NCBI GenBank assembly: GCA_965262725.1
Contig: OZ253555.1
Coordinates: 640,001-704,000 of the forward strand
Length of the DNA stretch: 64,000 bases
From: Dehalococcoidia bacterium
GTDB taxonomy: Bacteria > Chloroflexota > Dehalococcoidia > UBA2979
Direction of reading: 5' to 3'
Positions 1 to 11,577 of the stretch are shown here, piece after piece. Made by a program: the position numbers and the translations under genes. Within the stretch, counting starts at the first letter, position 1; each line of letters begins with the position of its first letter. The notes below the pieces were generated by a model, which saw only the letters and a program-made list of their open reading frames with translations, did not search any database and was not told the DNA's origin.

Positions 1-54
1 GGGACCGGAGACACCAGCGAAGGCGGCCTCGCCGAGAGGATCGCGGCGCTGGAG

Positions 55-1494
55 GTGGCCGCCGTCGAGACACCATCTCCATCTCCACAGCCCGTCGCGA
101 CGGATTTGCCGCCAACCGGGACGCCGACGGCTGCACCCGCGCCATCGCCGCAGGCCCCGCGGCCGCTCCCGACGGTGGCCGCCACCGCCGAGACGGTCAT
201 GCCGCCCCAGGTCCGATACGTCTCGGATACGGGCGGCTCCGGAGTCAGCCACCGGGACGACTGCCGCGAGACGGCGCGCACCGGGCAGGCGGGACTGTCC
301 GAAGGCCAGCGGGTGCTGCGCGAGGCCAGGGGCATCGGTCGCTGCGATGGCTGGTCCCTCGTGCGGGCCAGCGGACGCGCGAGCTGGGTCCGCACCGGCT
401 ACCTGAGCGAGGCGCCGCTGCAGGTGACGCCGCCTCGCATCGCCACCGTGGCGCCTGTCCACACGGCCACCGCGGCGCCGCCCCCTGCGGCCTGCCGGAT
501 CGAGGATGCCGCTGCCCGGGTCGTCGGCAGCACGGCGCTGGTCGTCGGGGCCGAGGGAGGCCGGGGCACTGCGTTCTACGTCGGGAATGGCGAGTGGGTC
601 ACGGCCGCGCATGTGGTCGAGGACGTGCTCTCCGTCACGCTTCGCTCCGCGAGCGTCGACCTGCGAGCGGAGGTGCGCGGGCTGCATCCCACGAGCGACA
701 TTGCGATTCTCGGCGCCGCGTCGGATCTCCCCGCGCTGCGGTGGGGCAGTCTGCCGAGCGTAGGGGCGCCGGTCGCGACGGCCGGATACCCGCGGGGCGT
801 CGGCACCATCGCGTCTCTCACGAGGGGGCACGTCTCACGCCTCGTCAGGTTCGACTCGGATATCCACATACAGACCGACACGGCGATGAGCCCCGGCAAC
901 AGCGGGGGGCCGCTCTTCGACGCGTGCGGCGATGTCGTGGGCGTGGTGACGTCCAAGTGGGTCGACGAGGCCATAGAGGGGGTCGGCTTCGCCCTCGCCA
1001 ACCCGACCGCCGAGGAGCGCCTCGCCGTCGTTCGCTCGGGGCCGACGGCCGAGGAGGTGGGCGAGCTGCTCGTGGCGGTCTTCGATGGCTGGCGCACGGC
1101 CAATGAGGAGCTGGACGCGCTCACTGCCGAGTGGAACGCCGTGGCGGAGGCCGCACGCCTTCCCTCCGCCGCGCTCGAGACGATCGCCGCGCGCCGCACC
1201 GTGGCGGCTCAGCGCATGTTCGAGCTGCTGCGCGGCCGCGAGGGCGATCCGGCGCTGGGCGTGCCGGCGATGCGCAGGTGGTGGGCGCACGCGCTTGCCT
1301 ACTGGCGGGACGAGACCTACCTCGGCGTCATCATGCAGCGGCGTGCGCAGGCGACAACCGATGTGGCGGCTTTCGAGGCCGCACGGGCCGTAACGAGTGC
1401 GGCCTTCGGCTCGTACGAGGACGCGGAGTGCGCCGTTGCGGAGCACTTCGAACTCTCCGGCTGGACGCGCGAAGACGGCTCGCCCTGCTACTAG
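55..1494 (+). CDS. Trypsin-like serine protease with N-terminal Pro/Thr linker and SH3-like region (probably 5'-partial)
   Basis: Catalytic triad motifs TAAHVV, DIAIL and PGNSGGP; the frame is open from the window start. Confidence 0.85.
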   Translation: MAAVETPSPSPQPVATDLPPTGTPTAAPAPSPQAPRPLPTVAATAETVMPPQVRYVSDTGGSGVSHRDDCRETARTGQAGLSEGQRVLREARGIGRCDGWSLVRASGRASWVRTGYLSEAPLQVTPPRIATVAPVHTATAAPPPAACRIEDAAARVVGSTALVVGAEGGRGTAFYVGNGEWVTAAHVVEDVLSVTLRSASVDLRAEVRGLHPTSDIAILGAASDLPALRWGSLPSVGAPVATAGYPRGVGTIASLTRGHVSRLVRFDSDIHIQTDTAMSPGNSGGPLFDACGDVVGVVTSKWVDEAIEGVGFALANPTAEERLAVVRSGPTAEEVGELLVAVFDGWRTANEELDALTAEWNAVAEAARLPSAALETIAARRTVAAQRMFELLRGREGDPALGVPAMRRWWAHALAYWRDETYLGVIMQRRAQATTDVAAFEAARAVTSAAFGSYEDAECAVAEHFELSGWTREDGSPCY

Positions 1495-1639
1495 CGGCTC
1501 TCCTGAACCGGGGCGGGCCGCGAGGCTCGGTGGGGCATTGCTCCCCCGGCGCTGCGGATCTCGACGCGCGGGCGGTGCCTTTGCTCCCGGACGCGCGCCT
1601 GCGGACCGGATTCCCCTTTTGCTGCTCCCGGACGGTCGG

Positions 1640-1830
1640 AGGGAGAGCGCGGCAACAACGCCGAAATGATCTGAGAGCTTCCGCTCATCGAGGACATGGC
1701 TGATCACGTCCACCCGCTCTACCGTGAGATCCTCGCTGAGCGCAATGTGGTCGATACTCTTGCGACCTTGGAAGGTAACGGGACCGGTCGCGATCGTGAT
1801 GTCCGATGGCTTCCCGGCGCTGGCCCTCCT
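1640..1830 (-). pseudogene. C-terminal fragment of an endonuclease/exonuclease/phosphatase (EEP) family protein
   Basis: IDHIALS...LSDHFGVVA motifs; no intact 5' part. Confidence 0.6.
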
Positions 1831-2171
1831 GATCATTCTGTTCATCGTCGGCTCGGTATCCGAGCCGAGCGAGCCCGTCCCGCCCGCCACGCCGACGCCC
1901 GGGGTGTTCGCGCGCGCGGTGGCTGAGTCCACGCCCGACCGAGCCTACGGCCGGAGGGTTGGTGCCCGAGCAGGACGATCCAGGTGCCGAGGCCAGCCGC
2001 GACACCGCGCCCACCCGCGCCAGCCGCGCTCCCGTGGTGGCAGCGGCTCCCGTGGCCCTTGCCGAACCCGCCGCATAACGAGGGTCAGGTGGGCGCGAGG
2101 CTTGCGGCGTCCCCTTGCGCGTTCCCCCGCACCCACCGCTAGCATGGGGGAAGCCCGGGGAGGGAAGCGCC

Positions 2172-4490
2172 ATGCGCCGCCGCTATGGGCGGTACTCGTT
2201 GCCACTGCTCGCGGCCGTGCTCGCGCTCTCGGCAGCACCGACCGCCTGCAGCAGCGAGCCGGCCCGTGCCCCGGCGCCCGCGGTGGCCACGGTCGCGCCT
2301 TCGCGCGAGGCGCCGAGCCTGCCCGGGCCGACACCTCCGGCGACGGCGACGCCCCTGCCGACGCTCACAGCCAGCGCGACGCCGACGCCGGCCCTCCCGC
2401 CGACCGATTCGCCTTCGCCAACTCCGACTGTGGCGCCCCCGCCGACGGCGATTCCTACGCCGATCCCCACGCCGGCGACCACTCCGACGATTTCCGATCG
2501 GGCGGTCATCGAGGTCGTTGTCGACACCTGCCTGAACCTGCGCGAGGAGCCCTCGCTCGACGCGGCGGTCCGCACGTGCCTTCCGAACGGCGCCACCGTG
2601 AAGATCGCCGCGCCGCCATGGGAACACGGCAGAGCGAGCGATCTCCCGTGGCTGTACATCCGCACGAATGACGGGCTCGAGGGCTGGGCGAGCGCGGAGT
2701 ATCTGCGCCGGCACCGCGACGGCGCTCGGCTGGAGGAGGCGCCGGCACCCACGTTGCCGCCCGCGGGCGCCGGGCTGGCCACACCACCGGGCGTCTTCGC
2801 GGCGGTCGCCCTGGGTGGCCACTACGACGCCTGTGTGCTCACGGCGGCCAGGGAGGCAGTCTGCTGGGATATGAACGCCGCCGAGGAGGCAGTCGCCCTG
2901 CCTGGTCCGTACATCGCGATCGACGCGGCCGGGGGGACCACCTGCGCGGTCACGGCAGGCGGCGAGCCCGTCTGCTGGGGCAGCGACGAGTCAGCCGCCG
3001 ACGCCCCGCCTGGCCGGTATACGACGGTCAGCACGACCGAGGGCTACACGTGCGGGCTGACCGAGGCCGGCGAGGCGGTCTGCTGGGGCAGCCACAGCGA
3101 GCGTGCCCACAGGCAACGGGCCGAGGAGGGTGATACCGAGTGGTCCGGCTGGCCCCTGGGAAGGATGCCCGACCCCCCGCCCGACACCTACGTCGCGATC
3201 ACCGTCGGCTACTCGGGCTATCTCGACGGCAGCGTGTTGTCGGCCTGCGCCGCGCGGGCCGGCGGAGGACGTGCATGCTGGAGTTCGAGCGGGAAGTACG
3301 ACTACGACGAGGAGAGGCTCATCTGGGTCGGGGGCGGCGACCCGGCGGTGCCCGTGATCAACGGAGATTTCTGCTCCGTGAATGGGTGGGGACCTCCCTC
3401 CTGCAACTCGTATGGCCGCGGCTACACGGCGATCAGCGAGGGGGGAAGCCACACCTGCGCCATCACCCTCGACGGGGCTGCTGAGTGCTGGTCGTTCGAA
3501 GTCGGTGTCGGAGCGCTCGATGTGATGCACCCGCCCGATCCCTCGCCTGCCCGCTACGCGGCGATCAGCACGGATGGCCCCTACGGCTGCGCCGTGACGG
3601 ATGCCGGGGATCTCGCCTGCTGGGAGTCGGAGCGAAATGTGACGCCATCGCCCGACCCCGCGCCGGGCCCTTACGTGTCTGTGAGCGACGGAACGAGCCA
3701 TACCTGCGCGCTGACGGAGGCGGGCGAGGCGGTCTGCTGGGGCCTCACAAACCACGGGCAGACCCACGTGCCCCCCGGTGAGTACACAGCGATCAGCGCG
3801 GGTGAGTTCCACACATGTGCCCTGACCGTGACCGGCGAAGCGGTCTGCTGGGGCGCGATCTACGCCGACGCGCCTGCGGGGAGGTACGCAGCGCTCAGCG
3901 CGGGCTCGCCCGAGACCGGGGGCACCGCCTGCGCGCTGACGTATGCCGGGGAGCCGATCTGCTGGGGTGATCCGTACGGCATAGAGCCCCCGGCGGGTCG
4001 CTACGTGGCGATCGATGTACGCGATCAGCGTGGCTGCGCGCTCACCGAGGCAGGCGAAGCGGTTTGCTGGAATCGCAATGGCTCGCGAAACCTTGATGTC
4101 CCGTCGGATCCCTTCGCGGCGATCGGGGTGGGCGGTGGACGAACCTGCGCGCTCACGGCGCTCGGCGGGGTTCTCTGCTGGGACCGTGATGGCACGGTGA
4201 TGACCGGTACCCCCTCGGGTCATCACGTAGCCTTGGCCGTCGGCTGGAACCACGCCTGCGCGCTCACCGAGGGAGGCGAGGCGGCCTGCTGGGCATGGCG
4301 GTACAGCCGGTACAGGGGCCTGGAGGAGGAGGGTCCCTACGAGGGCGAGTTGACGCAGCCTCCACCCGGGCACTATATCGCGATCAGCGCGAGCGAGTAC
4401 CGGTCGTGCGCGCTCACCGAGGCAGGCGATGTCGTGTGCTGGGGCGACGCGGCGTACACGCGCATCCCCCGCCCGCTCAGCATCGAGTGA
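2172..4490 (+). CDS. Secreted/lipoprotein with PT-rich linker, SH3b domain and RCC1-like beta-propeller repeats
   Basis: Signal peptide ending ...PTAC; LNLREEPS...GWASAEYL (SH3b); many HTCALTEAGEAVCWG repeats. Confidence 0.85.
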   Translation: MRRRYGRYSLPLLAAVLALSAAPTACSSEPARAPAPAVATVAPSREAPSLPGPTPPATATPLPTLTASATPTPALPPTDSPSPTPTVAPPPTAIPTPIPTPATTPTISDRAVIEVVVDTCLNLREEPSLDAAVRTCLPNGATVKIAAPPWEHGRASDLPWLYIRTNDGLEGWASAEYLRRHRDGARLEEAPAPTLPPAGAGLATPPGVFAAVALGGHYDACVLTAAREAVCWDMNAAEEAVALPGPYIAIDAAGGTTCAVTAGGEPVCWGSDESAADAPPGRYTTVSTTEGYTCGLTEAGEAVCWGSHSERAHRQRAEEGDTEWSGWPLGRMPDPPPDTYVAITVGYSGYLDGSVLSACAARAGGGRACWSSSGKYDYDEERLIWVGGGDPAVPVINGDFCSVNGWGPPSCNSYGRGYTAISEGGSHTCAITLDGAAECWSFEVGVGALDVMHPPDPSPARYAAISTDGPYGCAVTDAGDLACWESERNVTPSPDPAPGPYVSVSDGTSHTCALTEAGEAVCWGLTNHGQTHVPPGEYTAISAGEFHTCALTVTGEAVCWGAIYADAPAGRYAALSAGSPETGGTACALTYAGEPICWGDPYGIEPPAGRYVAIDVRDQRGCALTEAGEAVCWNRNGSRNLDVPSDPFAAIGVGGGRTCALTALGGVLCWDRDGTVMTGTPSGHHVALAVGWNHACALTEGGEAACWAWRYSRYRGLEEEGPYEGELTQPPPGHYIAISASEYRSCALTEAGDVVCWGDAAYTRIPRPLSIE

Positions 4491-4589
4491 CGCCGCTGGC
4501 CGAATTGTCCGGACGCGGTCATCTGGTGTCGCGCGTTCGCCGCTCCGGTCTGGACGGCGCCGCTCATCGCCGGGGTGCGGGGACTTCCA

Positions 4590-4738
4590 GCCTGAACCGC
4601 CTCAACGTCGCGACCAGTCGCGCGCAGTGCCTCGCCGTCGTCGTGGCCGGCCCGGGCCTGCTCGGGGCGCTCTGCCGCACGCCGCGGCAGATGCAGCTGG
4701 CGAACGCGTTGTCGAGGCTCGTCGAAGTTTCGCCGTAG
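4590..4738 (+). pseudogene. C-terminal fragment of an SF1 helicase (AAA_12-type)
   Basis: NRLNVATSRAQ helicase motif VI; only the 3' end is present. Confidence 0.6.
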
Positions 4739-4909
4739 GTTAGAATGCGCACCGAAGTCGTGCACGTACGTCTGTTCACAGTCGCAGATGAACCGGGGTC
4801 CACCGCTGCTCCTCGCAAATAGAGGTCTGCGCATCGCGTGACGGCGCCGCGGCCATTGGCGGCTGGGACGTAGGCGCCTCATGGTGTCTTGGAAGAAACG
4901 GACGCGAAG

Positions 4910-6733
4910 ATGGACGCCAACCCTTACCCGCTGAGGCAGATCCTCGCCCTGGAGCGGCGATACGTGGTTCCCACCTTTCAGCGTGACTACGAGTGGACGA
5001 AGGACGGCCAGTGGGAACTGCTCTTCGACGACCTCGATGCGATCGCCCAGCGGCTTGGAGGAGCACGGCGCCTCGCTGCCCAGGAGGGGCGAGAGGCTGC
5101 CGAGGCTGACAGGGATGTCTCGCCGCACTTTCTCGGGGCGGTCGTTCTTGATCAGTTGCCGTCGCCTGCCGGTGGAATCGGCATGCGTGCCGTTATCGAT
5201 GGGCAACAGCGGATCACCACACTGCAGCTTCTCATCAGGGGTCTCCTCGATGTCCTTCTGGAGTATGAGTCCCCGCGACGGGGAATGGTGCGGCGGCTCC
5301 TTAGAAACCCGGACGACGTCGTCGCCAGCCCAGACGAGGCTCACAAACTCTGGCCGCGCAAGCGCGACCGTGAGGCTTGGCGAGAGGTGATGCAGGACGA
5401 GCAACCGGAGATCAATCATCCCTATGCGGACGCGCGCGTCTACTTTGCCGACCGGGTCCGCGATGCCGTAATCGCCGGCGACGCGGAACCCCGTGCAACG
5501 CTCGATCTTCTCGTGGACGGGTGCCTAGACCTCTTCCGACTCGTCGTGATCGACCTCGATCCGAACGACGACGCTCAGGTAATCTTCGAAGTATTGAATG
5601 GCCGACAGACGCCACTCTCATCGGCAGACCTCGTAAAAAACCTGCTCTTCCTCCGCGCTGAATCGAGTAGCCCATCAGAGATCGACCGACTGTATGACCG
5701 CTATTGGTCGAGGTTCGACGATGAATGGTGGAAGCATGAGGTGGGGCGCGGGCATGCCGCACGTCGGCACACAGACGTGATGCTCGCTGCATGGCTGACT
5801 GCGACCGACGAGGAGCCCGGTCACCCAGACCGGCTCTACGGGCACGTTCGCCGCCTCGTCGATCGCCGGCACATCAGCATTCCCGACTTGCTGGAGGGGA
5901 TCGGGAGGTACGCAGAGCATTATCGGAACTTCCGGGGAGCGCGACCGGTCGAGGACCTCCGCATCCGGACTGCATACGAACGGCTGCAGGCGCTGGGGGC
6001 GGTTACAGCGCTGCCGCTCGTTCTTTGGCTGCGTGACCTGCGACTCTCGGCGGCAACGGAGAGGAGGGCTGTCGTCGCGCTGGAGTCCTACCTAGTTCGT
6101 CGCGCAGCGATTGGAGCGAGCACGCGCGCGTACCAGCAAGTCTTTCGCGACGTCTTATCTGGTGCTAAGGAAGCCCTCAATACGGGAGAGTCTCCCGATA
6201 TGGCGGTCGAGAAGAGCCTCCTGGCGCTCGAGGCAAACGCCTGGCCGCGGGACGAGGAGGTCCGTGAGGCGTTCGTCAGCAGACGTTATTATGGGGTCGT
6301 TGCCCAGTACCTGATCCGATTACTGTTCGCGGCGATCGAAGAGCGTCTGAAGACTGAGAACAGACTCACAGAGCAGACGGCGGTTCCTTACGACGCCTTG
6401 ACCATCGAACACATCATGCCGCAGTCCTGGCGCGAGAACTGGCCGATCAGCGCGGCGAACGAGGCGGAGCAAACGCTCGCCGAACAACGGCGCGACACAC
6501 ATCTGCACAGACTAGGTAATCTGACCTTGCTGAACGGATCGTTGAACACGCTCCAGTCCAACGCACCGTGGTCCGAGAAGCGATTGGCGCTTGCCAAACA
6601 CTCAGCGTTGCGCCTAAACGCTGACTTGGTGACGAACGCAGTGTGGCGTACGTGGGACGAGCAGAAGATCGTAGAACGCGGCGAGTACCTGGCAGCTGTG
6701 GCCTGCCGGGCGTGGCCACGGCCGACTGACTGA
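4910..6733 (+). CDS. DUF262-DUF1524 protein (GmrSD-like type IV restriction endonuclease)
   Basis: FQRDYEW, DGQQR and FEVLNGR (DUF262); EHIMPQ and GNLTLL (HNH-like DUF1524). Confidence 0.88.
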   Translation: MDANPYPLRQILALERRYVVPTFQRDYEWTKDGQWELLFDDLDAIAQRLGGARRLAAQEGREAAEADRDVSPHFLGAVVLDQLPSPAGGIGMRAVIDGQQRITTLQLLIRGLLDVLLEYESPRRGMVRRLLRNPDDVVASPDEAHKLWPRKRDREAWREVMQDEQPEINHPYADARVYFADRVRDAVIAGDAEPRATLDLLVDGCLDLFRLVVIDLDPNDDAQVIFEVLNGRQTPLSSADLVKNLLFLRAESSSPSEIDRLYDRYWSRFDDEWWKHEVGRGHAARRHTDVMLAAWLTATDEEPGHPDRLYGHVRRLVDRRHISIPDLLEGIGRYAEHYRNFRGARPVEDLRIRTAYERLQALGAVTALPLVLWLRDLRLSAATERRAVVALESYLVRRAAIGASTRAYQQVFRDVLSGAKEALNTGESPDMAVEKSLLALEANAWPRDEEVREAFVSRRYYGVVAQYLIRLLFAAIEERLKTENRLTEQTAVPYDALTIEHIMPQSWRENWPISAANEAEQTLAEQRRDTHLHRLGNLTLLNGSLNTLQSNAPWSEKRLALAKHSALRLNADLVTNAVWRTWDEQKIVERGEYLAAVACRAWPRPTD

Positions 6734-7289
6734 CGGACTTCGGCATGTGGACGGGCGAGCCGAAGCTTCGCCCCTCAGATTCGCTTGAGTGGATTCGCCG
6801 GAGCGCCCGCGACGCTTATCGACAACACCATCTGTCATGCCAACACCTCGCGGTTCCCGGGCGCGCTGTAGCTGCGAGATCGGTAGGTGCGACCTGGATG
6901 GCCCAGCCACGCGCCAGTAGCGAGCTGATCAGAGTTGTCACATAAGTGACCTGCCGTCGTTAAGGCTAGCGAGCGCTCCGCGGACCGGCTTCGGTAGGTC
7001 TCGCCAAGGCGGAAGCACGTAGCCGATGTGGAGCGAGCGATGATTTCGAGGTGGCGAGCCGGATCGCCACCGAATACCGCACGCAGGGGTCCGAACAGGG
7101 CGCCCGCGACCTCCTCAACCGAATATTTCGCCCGTCGCGGTCCGAAGGCCGCAGGCGCACGGACCGCCGCCCACAGCCCACGTTCGTCCTACTTGGCCGA
7201 AAGGGCGGAAGCGATCATCGTCATGGACTCTGACCTACGGAGCCGGTGAGAGGGAGGGGCGAGCATGTCCATTCGCGACGGACACAGGC

Positions 7290-8707
7290 AGTAGCGTCCC
7301 AGCAAGTGGTGTCACAGGCGGGGAGACGGTCTCCGCAGGGGGACCTACTACCGACCACGGTGCCCATGCAGGTGGACGTAAGAGACCACCGCATCATCCT
7401 TCACGAAGTTATGACGAACGTGGAGGAGGACGACGGTGGTCAGAGAGAGCGTGGACGTGTTGGAACTGCTCCGCAAGCAGGCATCGGGAGCTGACCTCGA
7501 TTTCCTGCGCGAAGCGGTGGCTGTGCTCGCCGAGGCGGTCATGGACCAGGAGGTCTCGGCGCAGGTCGGCGCCGGCTACGGCGAGCGCAGCGAGATGCGC
7601 ACCACCCGGCGCAACGGCTACAGGCAAAGACGCTGGGACACGCGGGTGGGCAGCATCGACCTGCAGATCCCGAAGCTCCGCCAGGGGTCCTACTTCCCGG
7701 CGCTGCTCGAGCCCCGGCGCCGCTCAGAGCGCGCCTTGCTAGCCGTCGTCCAGCAAGCGTACGTGGAGGGCGTCTCCACTCGCCGCGTCGACGACCTCGT
7801 GCGCTCGCTCGGCTGCGAGGGCATCTCCAAGAGCCAGGTCTCGCGTATCTGCTCGGAGCTCGACACGGTCGTCACAAGTTTCCTCGGCCGGCCCCTGGAC
7901 TCCGGCCCCTACCGATACCTCTGGCTCGACGCGCTCACCCAGCGGGTGCGCGAGGAGGGCCGCATCGCCCAGGTGAGCGTCGTCGTCGCCACCGCGGTCA
8001 ACGTGGAGGGGAAGCGCGAGGTGCTGGGCATCGACGTCGGTACCAGCGAGGACGGGGCCTTCTGGCTGGCATTTCTCCGCGGCCTCGTAGCACGAGGGCT
8101 CTCCGGCGTGGAGCTGGTGACCTCCGACGCCCACCAGGGCCTGAGGGGAGCGATCGCGACCGTCTTCGGCGGCGCCTCCTGGCAGCGCTGCCGTACCCAC
8201 TTCATGCGGAACCTGCTCACACGCGTGCCGAAGAGCGCCGAGGCGCTGGTGGCGACGACCGTGCGCACCATCTACCAGCAGCCCTCGGCCTCCGAGGTGC
8301 ACGCCCAGCACACGCGGGTCGTGGAGCAGCTCGGTGCGCGCTTCCCGCAGGCCGCGGCAATGCTCGCCGACGCCGCGGAGGAGATCCTGGCGTTCACGGC
8401 CTTCCCGGTGGCGCACTGGCGGCAGATCTGGTCGAACAACCCCCAGGAGCGGCTCAACAAGGAGATCCGCCGGCGCACCAACGTGGTCGGCATCTTCCCC
8501 AACCGCTCAGCGGTCATCCGGCTCATCGGTGCGGTGCTCTCCGAGCAGCACGACGAGTGGGCCGTGGGGCGGCGCTACATGACGATGATGACGCTGCTCT
8601 CCCCGCCGGGGAGTGAGCTCACGTCAGGCAAGGAGGTGCTGCTGCAGGCTGCCGGCTAACAAATGATAAGGATGATGCGCAGTGACACCACTTGCCGGGA
8701 CGTGACC
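7290..8707 (+). mobile_element. IS256-family insertion sequence
   Basis: Imperfect 26-bp terminal inverted repeats (core CGTCCCRGCAAGTGGTGTCAC) at 7290-7315 and 8682-8707; no target-site duplication. Confidence 0.9.
7436..8659 (+). CDS. IS256 family transposase
   Basis: RNGYR, IPKLRQGSYFP, WLDA, TSDAH, WQRCRTHF and ERLNKEIRRR motifs. Confidence 0.95.
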   Translation: MVRESVDVLELLRKQASGADLDFLREAVAVLAEAVMDQEVSAQVGAGYGERSEMRTTRRNGYRQRRWDTRVGSIDLQIPKLRQGSYFPALLEPRRRSERALLAVVQQAYVEGVSTRRVDDLVRSLGCEGISKSQVSRICSELDTVVTSFLGRPLDSGPYRYLWLDALTQRVREEGRIAQVSVVVATAVNVEGKREVLGIDVGTSEDGAFWLAFLRGLVARGLSGVELVTSDAHQGLRGAIATVFGGASWQRCRTHFMRNLLTRVPKSAEALVATTVRTIYQQPSASEVHAQHTRVVEQLGARFPQAAAMLADAAEEILAFTAFPVAHWRQIWSNNPQERLNKEIRRRTNVVGIFPNRSAVIRLIGAVLSEQHDEWAVGRRYMTMMTLLSPPGSELTSGKEVLLQAAG

Positions 8708-10314
8708 CGGAGACGCTCGATCGCCTGTTCGACGCGCTCTTCGGCGACGAGCCGGAGGAGACGCGCGCCGAGATCCGCCGGCGCTACGCGAACAAGGAGC
8801 GGATCGCGGGGGCCGCGAAACGGATCGAGGCGATCGCGCTCGACATCGCCGAGCACTTCAGGGCGAAGATCCAGCCAAACGGGTTCAAGGCGCAGGTCGT
8901 CGTGCCGAGCCGGCAGGCCGCGCTGCGCTACGCCGAGCATCTCAACGCCTTCGGCCTCCCCGCTTACCCGGTTATCACGACCACCAACAACGACGGCTCC
9001 GAATTCCAGGTGGCCCGCGACCTGAACGAGGATGAGATCGTCGGGGCGTTCACCGACCCCGACGGCGAGCCGCAGGTCATCGTTGTCGTCGACAAGCTGA
9101 TCACCGGCTTCGACGCGCCCGTCGAGCAGGTGCTCTACCTCGACCGCGCGATCCGCGAGCACACGCTGCTGCAGGCGATCGCGCGCGTGAACCGCCCCTA
9201 CTCCCGCACGCGGGAAGGCGTCACGACCGAGAAGACCTACGGCCTCGTGGTCGACTACCATGGCGTCTCGCGCGAACTCGAGAGCGCCCTCGCGATCTTC
9301 GACCACAGCGACGTCCAGGAGGCGCTGACAGAGCTGCCCGAGGATCCCGGGCCCGCCATCCAGGCGGCGGCCGATCGCGCGGAGTCGCACTTCCGCGGAC
9401 TCCACCTCGACGACCCATGGGCCTGCGTTCACTCCTTCGATGCCGACGCGGAGACGGACGGCGACTACAAGGTGGACGCCTACGAGCACTTCGATCGCGA
9501 CTACCGCGACTTGTCGACGCTGATGGACCGCTTCCTGCCCGACAAGGCCGCCCGCGCCTACCTCGACCGACTGCGCCGGCTGACCGTGATCCGCTCGTAC
9601 GCGAGGGCGGTCTTCCTGCGCGAGCGCGCCGACATCGACTGGACCGCGGTCGGCGCCAAGGTGAAGCAGCTGCTCGACTCGCGCATCGACGCGACCGTCC
9701 GCACGCTGATGGCGCCCGTCTCCATCCTCGATGCCGACTTCGAGCAGAAGATCGAGCGACTCCCTCACGACGAGGCACGCGCCTCGGTCATGGAGCACGC
9801 GCTCCGGGCGCAGATCAAGGAGCGCGTCGCCGAGAATCCGGCGTTCTACGAGCGGCTCTCGGAGGCCCTCGAGCGGATCATCCGCGAGCTGCGCGCGAAG
9901 CTGATCGACGCTGCCGAGGGGTGCAAGCAGATGGCGGTGCTCCGCGCCCGGATCGGGCGCGAGGAGGCGATCGCCTCTGAGCAGGGCCTAACGCCGGTCG
10001 CGTTCGCCGTCTACGGTCTTCTCGCCGGCGGCGCGTCCAACGGCGCCGGCAGGGGCGGGGCGGACCGCTTCTCGGAAGAGAGCCCGGAAGTCCACATCGA
10101 GTTCGACGGTCCGCTGAAGGACGCCGCCCGCGAGATCGACGCGATCGTCGAGCAGCACAGCTCGATCATCGACTGGTGGGAGAACCTCGACGTCCAGCGC
10201 GAGATGCGGCGAGACATCAAGCGGCTGCTGCGCGAGACGAAGCGCTACGAGGAGGGCGAACTCGACGAGCTCGTGAGGCAGGTCGTCGAAGTGGCTCGGC
10301 GGCGCCTCGCATGA
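8708..10314 (+). pseudogene. hsdR: Type I restriction enzyme HsdR, C-terminal half (5' part removed at the IS256 end)
   Basis: KAQVVVPSR, VVDKLITGFDAP, LLQAIARVNR and GLVVDY motifs; starts directly at the IS256 right end. Confidence 0.85.
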
Positions 10315-11039
10315 CCGAGGGCGGCGAGGTCCGCTTCGGCGACGCCCGCATCCGCTACCAGGTCGTGCGCAGCCCGAGGCGGCACAAGACGATCGAGATC
10401 ACGGTCGATGAGCCGGGGCTGGTCACCGTCGCGGCGCCAGCGGGCACACCGGCCGCCGACCTCGAATCTGCCGTGCGCCGCCGCGCCGGCTGGATCATCC
10501 GGCACGACGGCGCGGCTTCGGCAGCTCTGCCGCCTCGCCGTTTCGTGAGCGGAGAGTCGCTACCGTACCTCGGGCGGTCCGTACTGATGGCGGTCCACCC
10601 GACCGACGGTGACGAGGTCGCCGTCCGCTTCCACCACTGGCAGTTCGATGTGGACGTACCACGCTCCTTCCAAGGGGACGATCGTCGTGCGAAGGTGCGC
10701 GCGGCCTTTGAGGCGTGGTACCGCGAGCGCGCCGGCATGAAGCTCTCGCCGCGCGTCGAGCGCATCGGGGGGCTCCTCGGCGTCCGGCCGAAGGCGGTCC
10801 TGATCCGGAGCCCGCGCAAGCGTTGGGCGAGTTGCGCTCCGGACGGGACGCTGCGCTTCAACTGGCGCGCGATCATGGCTCCGCCCGCGCTCCTCGACTA
10901 CGTCGTCGCCCACGAGCTCGCCCACCTCCGCGTCCGGGGCCACACCCCCGAGTACTGGGCCATCGTCGCGCAAGCCGTCCCGGACTACCGCCTCCGCCGC
11001 AAGCGCCTCCGCGAGGTTGGGCCGCAGCTGGGTATCTGA
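10311..11039 (+). CDS. YgjP/DUF45 (M48-like) metallo-hydrolase, typical type I RM neighbour
   Basis: RWASC, DYVVAHELAHL and HTPEYW; ATGA overlap with hsdR. Confidence 0.9.
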   Translation: MTEGGEVRFGDARIRYQVVRSPRRHKTIEITVDEPGLVTVAAPAGTPAADLESAVRRRAGWIIRHDGAASAALPPRRFVSGESLPYLGRSVLMAVHPTDGDEVAVRFHHWQFDVDVPRSFQGDDRRAKVRAAFEAWYRERAGMKLSPRVERIGGLLGVRPKAVLIRSPRKRWASCAPDGTLRFNWRAIMAPPALLDYVVAHELAHLRVRGHTPEYWAIVAQAVPDYRLRRKRLREVGPQLGI

Positions 11040-11160
11040 GCTCGAGCTGACGGGGCGTTCTCGGAGACGTGGGGATGGCTCCGAGCCACCCGATCCGCAA
11101 CACTCGTTAACGGTGGCTTACACCGCGTCCGTATCGCAATGAAATCGAAAGGCTCCCGCG

Positions 11161-11352
11161 GTGCCACGTGGCTTCGATAGCGTGGTTCTCGTCCTGCTGG
11201 ACGAGCGCTACGAGACCGTGGAGATTCTTGAGGCATCGCGCGGCGCGGTCGAGGAACATCTGAAGCGCCCAAGTTCAGGGGCACGCAACGGACGAGGCCA
11301 GATGGCGGTCACGGCGTTCCGCACTTTCGCACAGAAGTGCTGGCCAACGTAG
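11161..11352 (+). pseudogene. C-terminal fragment of a hypothetical protein
   Basis: Protein-like segment FDSVVLVLLDERYETVEI...; no clear start. Confidence 0.35.
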
Positions 11353-11577
11353 CCGATCCGTCACCTGCGTCCGCGAACCGGTGGGGACCGGGCGGCAGAT
11401 GCCCCACGGGACGGTGTGAGCCGCGCCGGACATCGACCTAGCGGCCCGGCGGCGCCCCGAACTTCGCCTGAACTGCCACGCGGTCCCTGCGGTGATACCT
11501 TCCCACCCCCGTACGATCTCGTTCGACACCCACCCGGTGGCCGCAGTGGCCGAATGCCGTTCTGATCGGAGCCGCAG

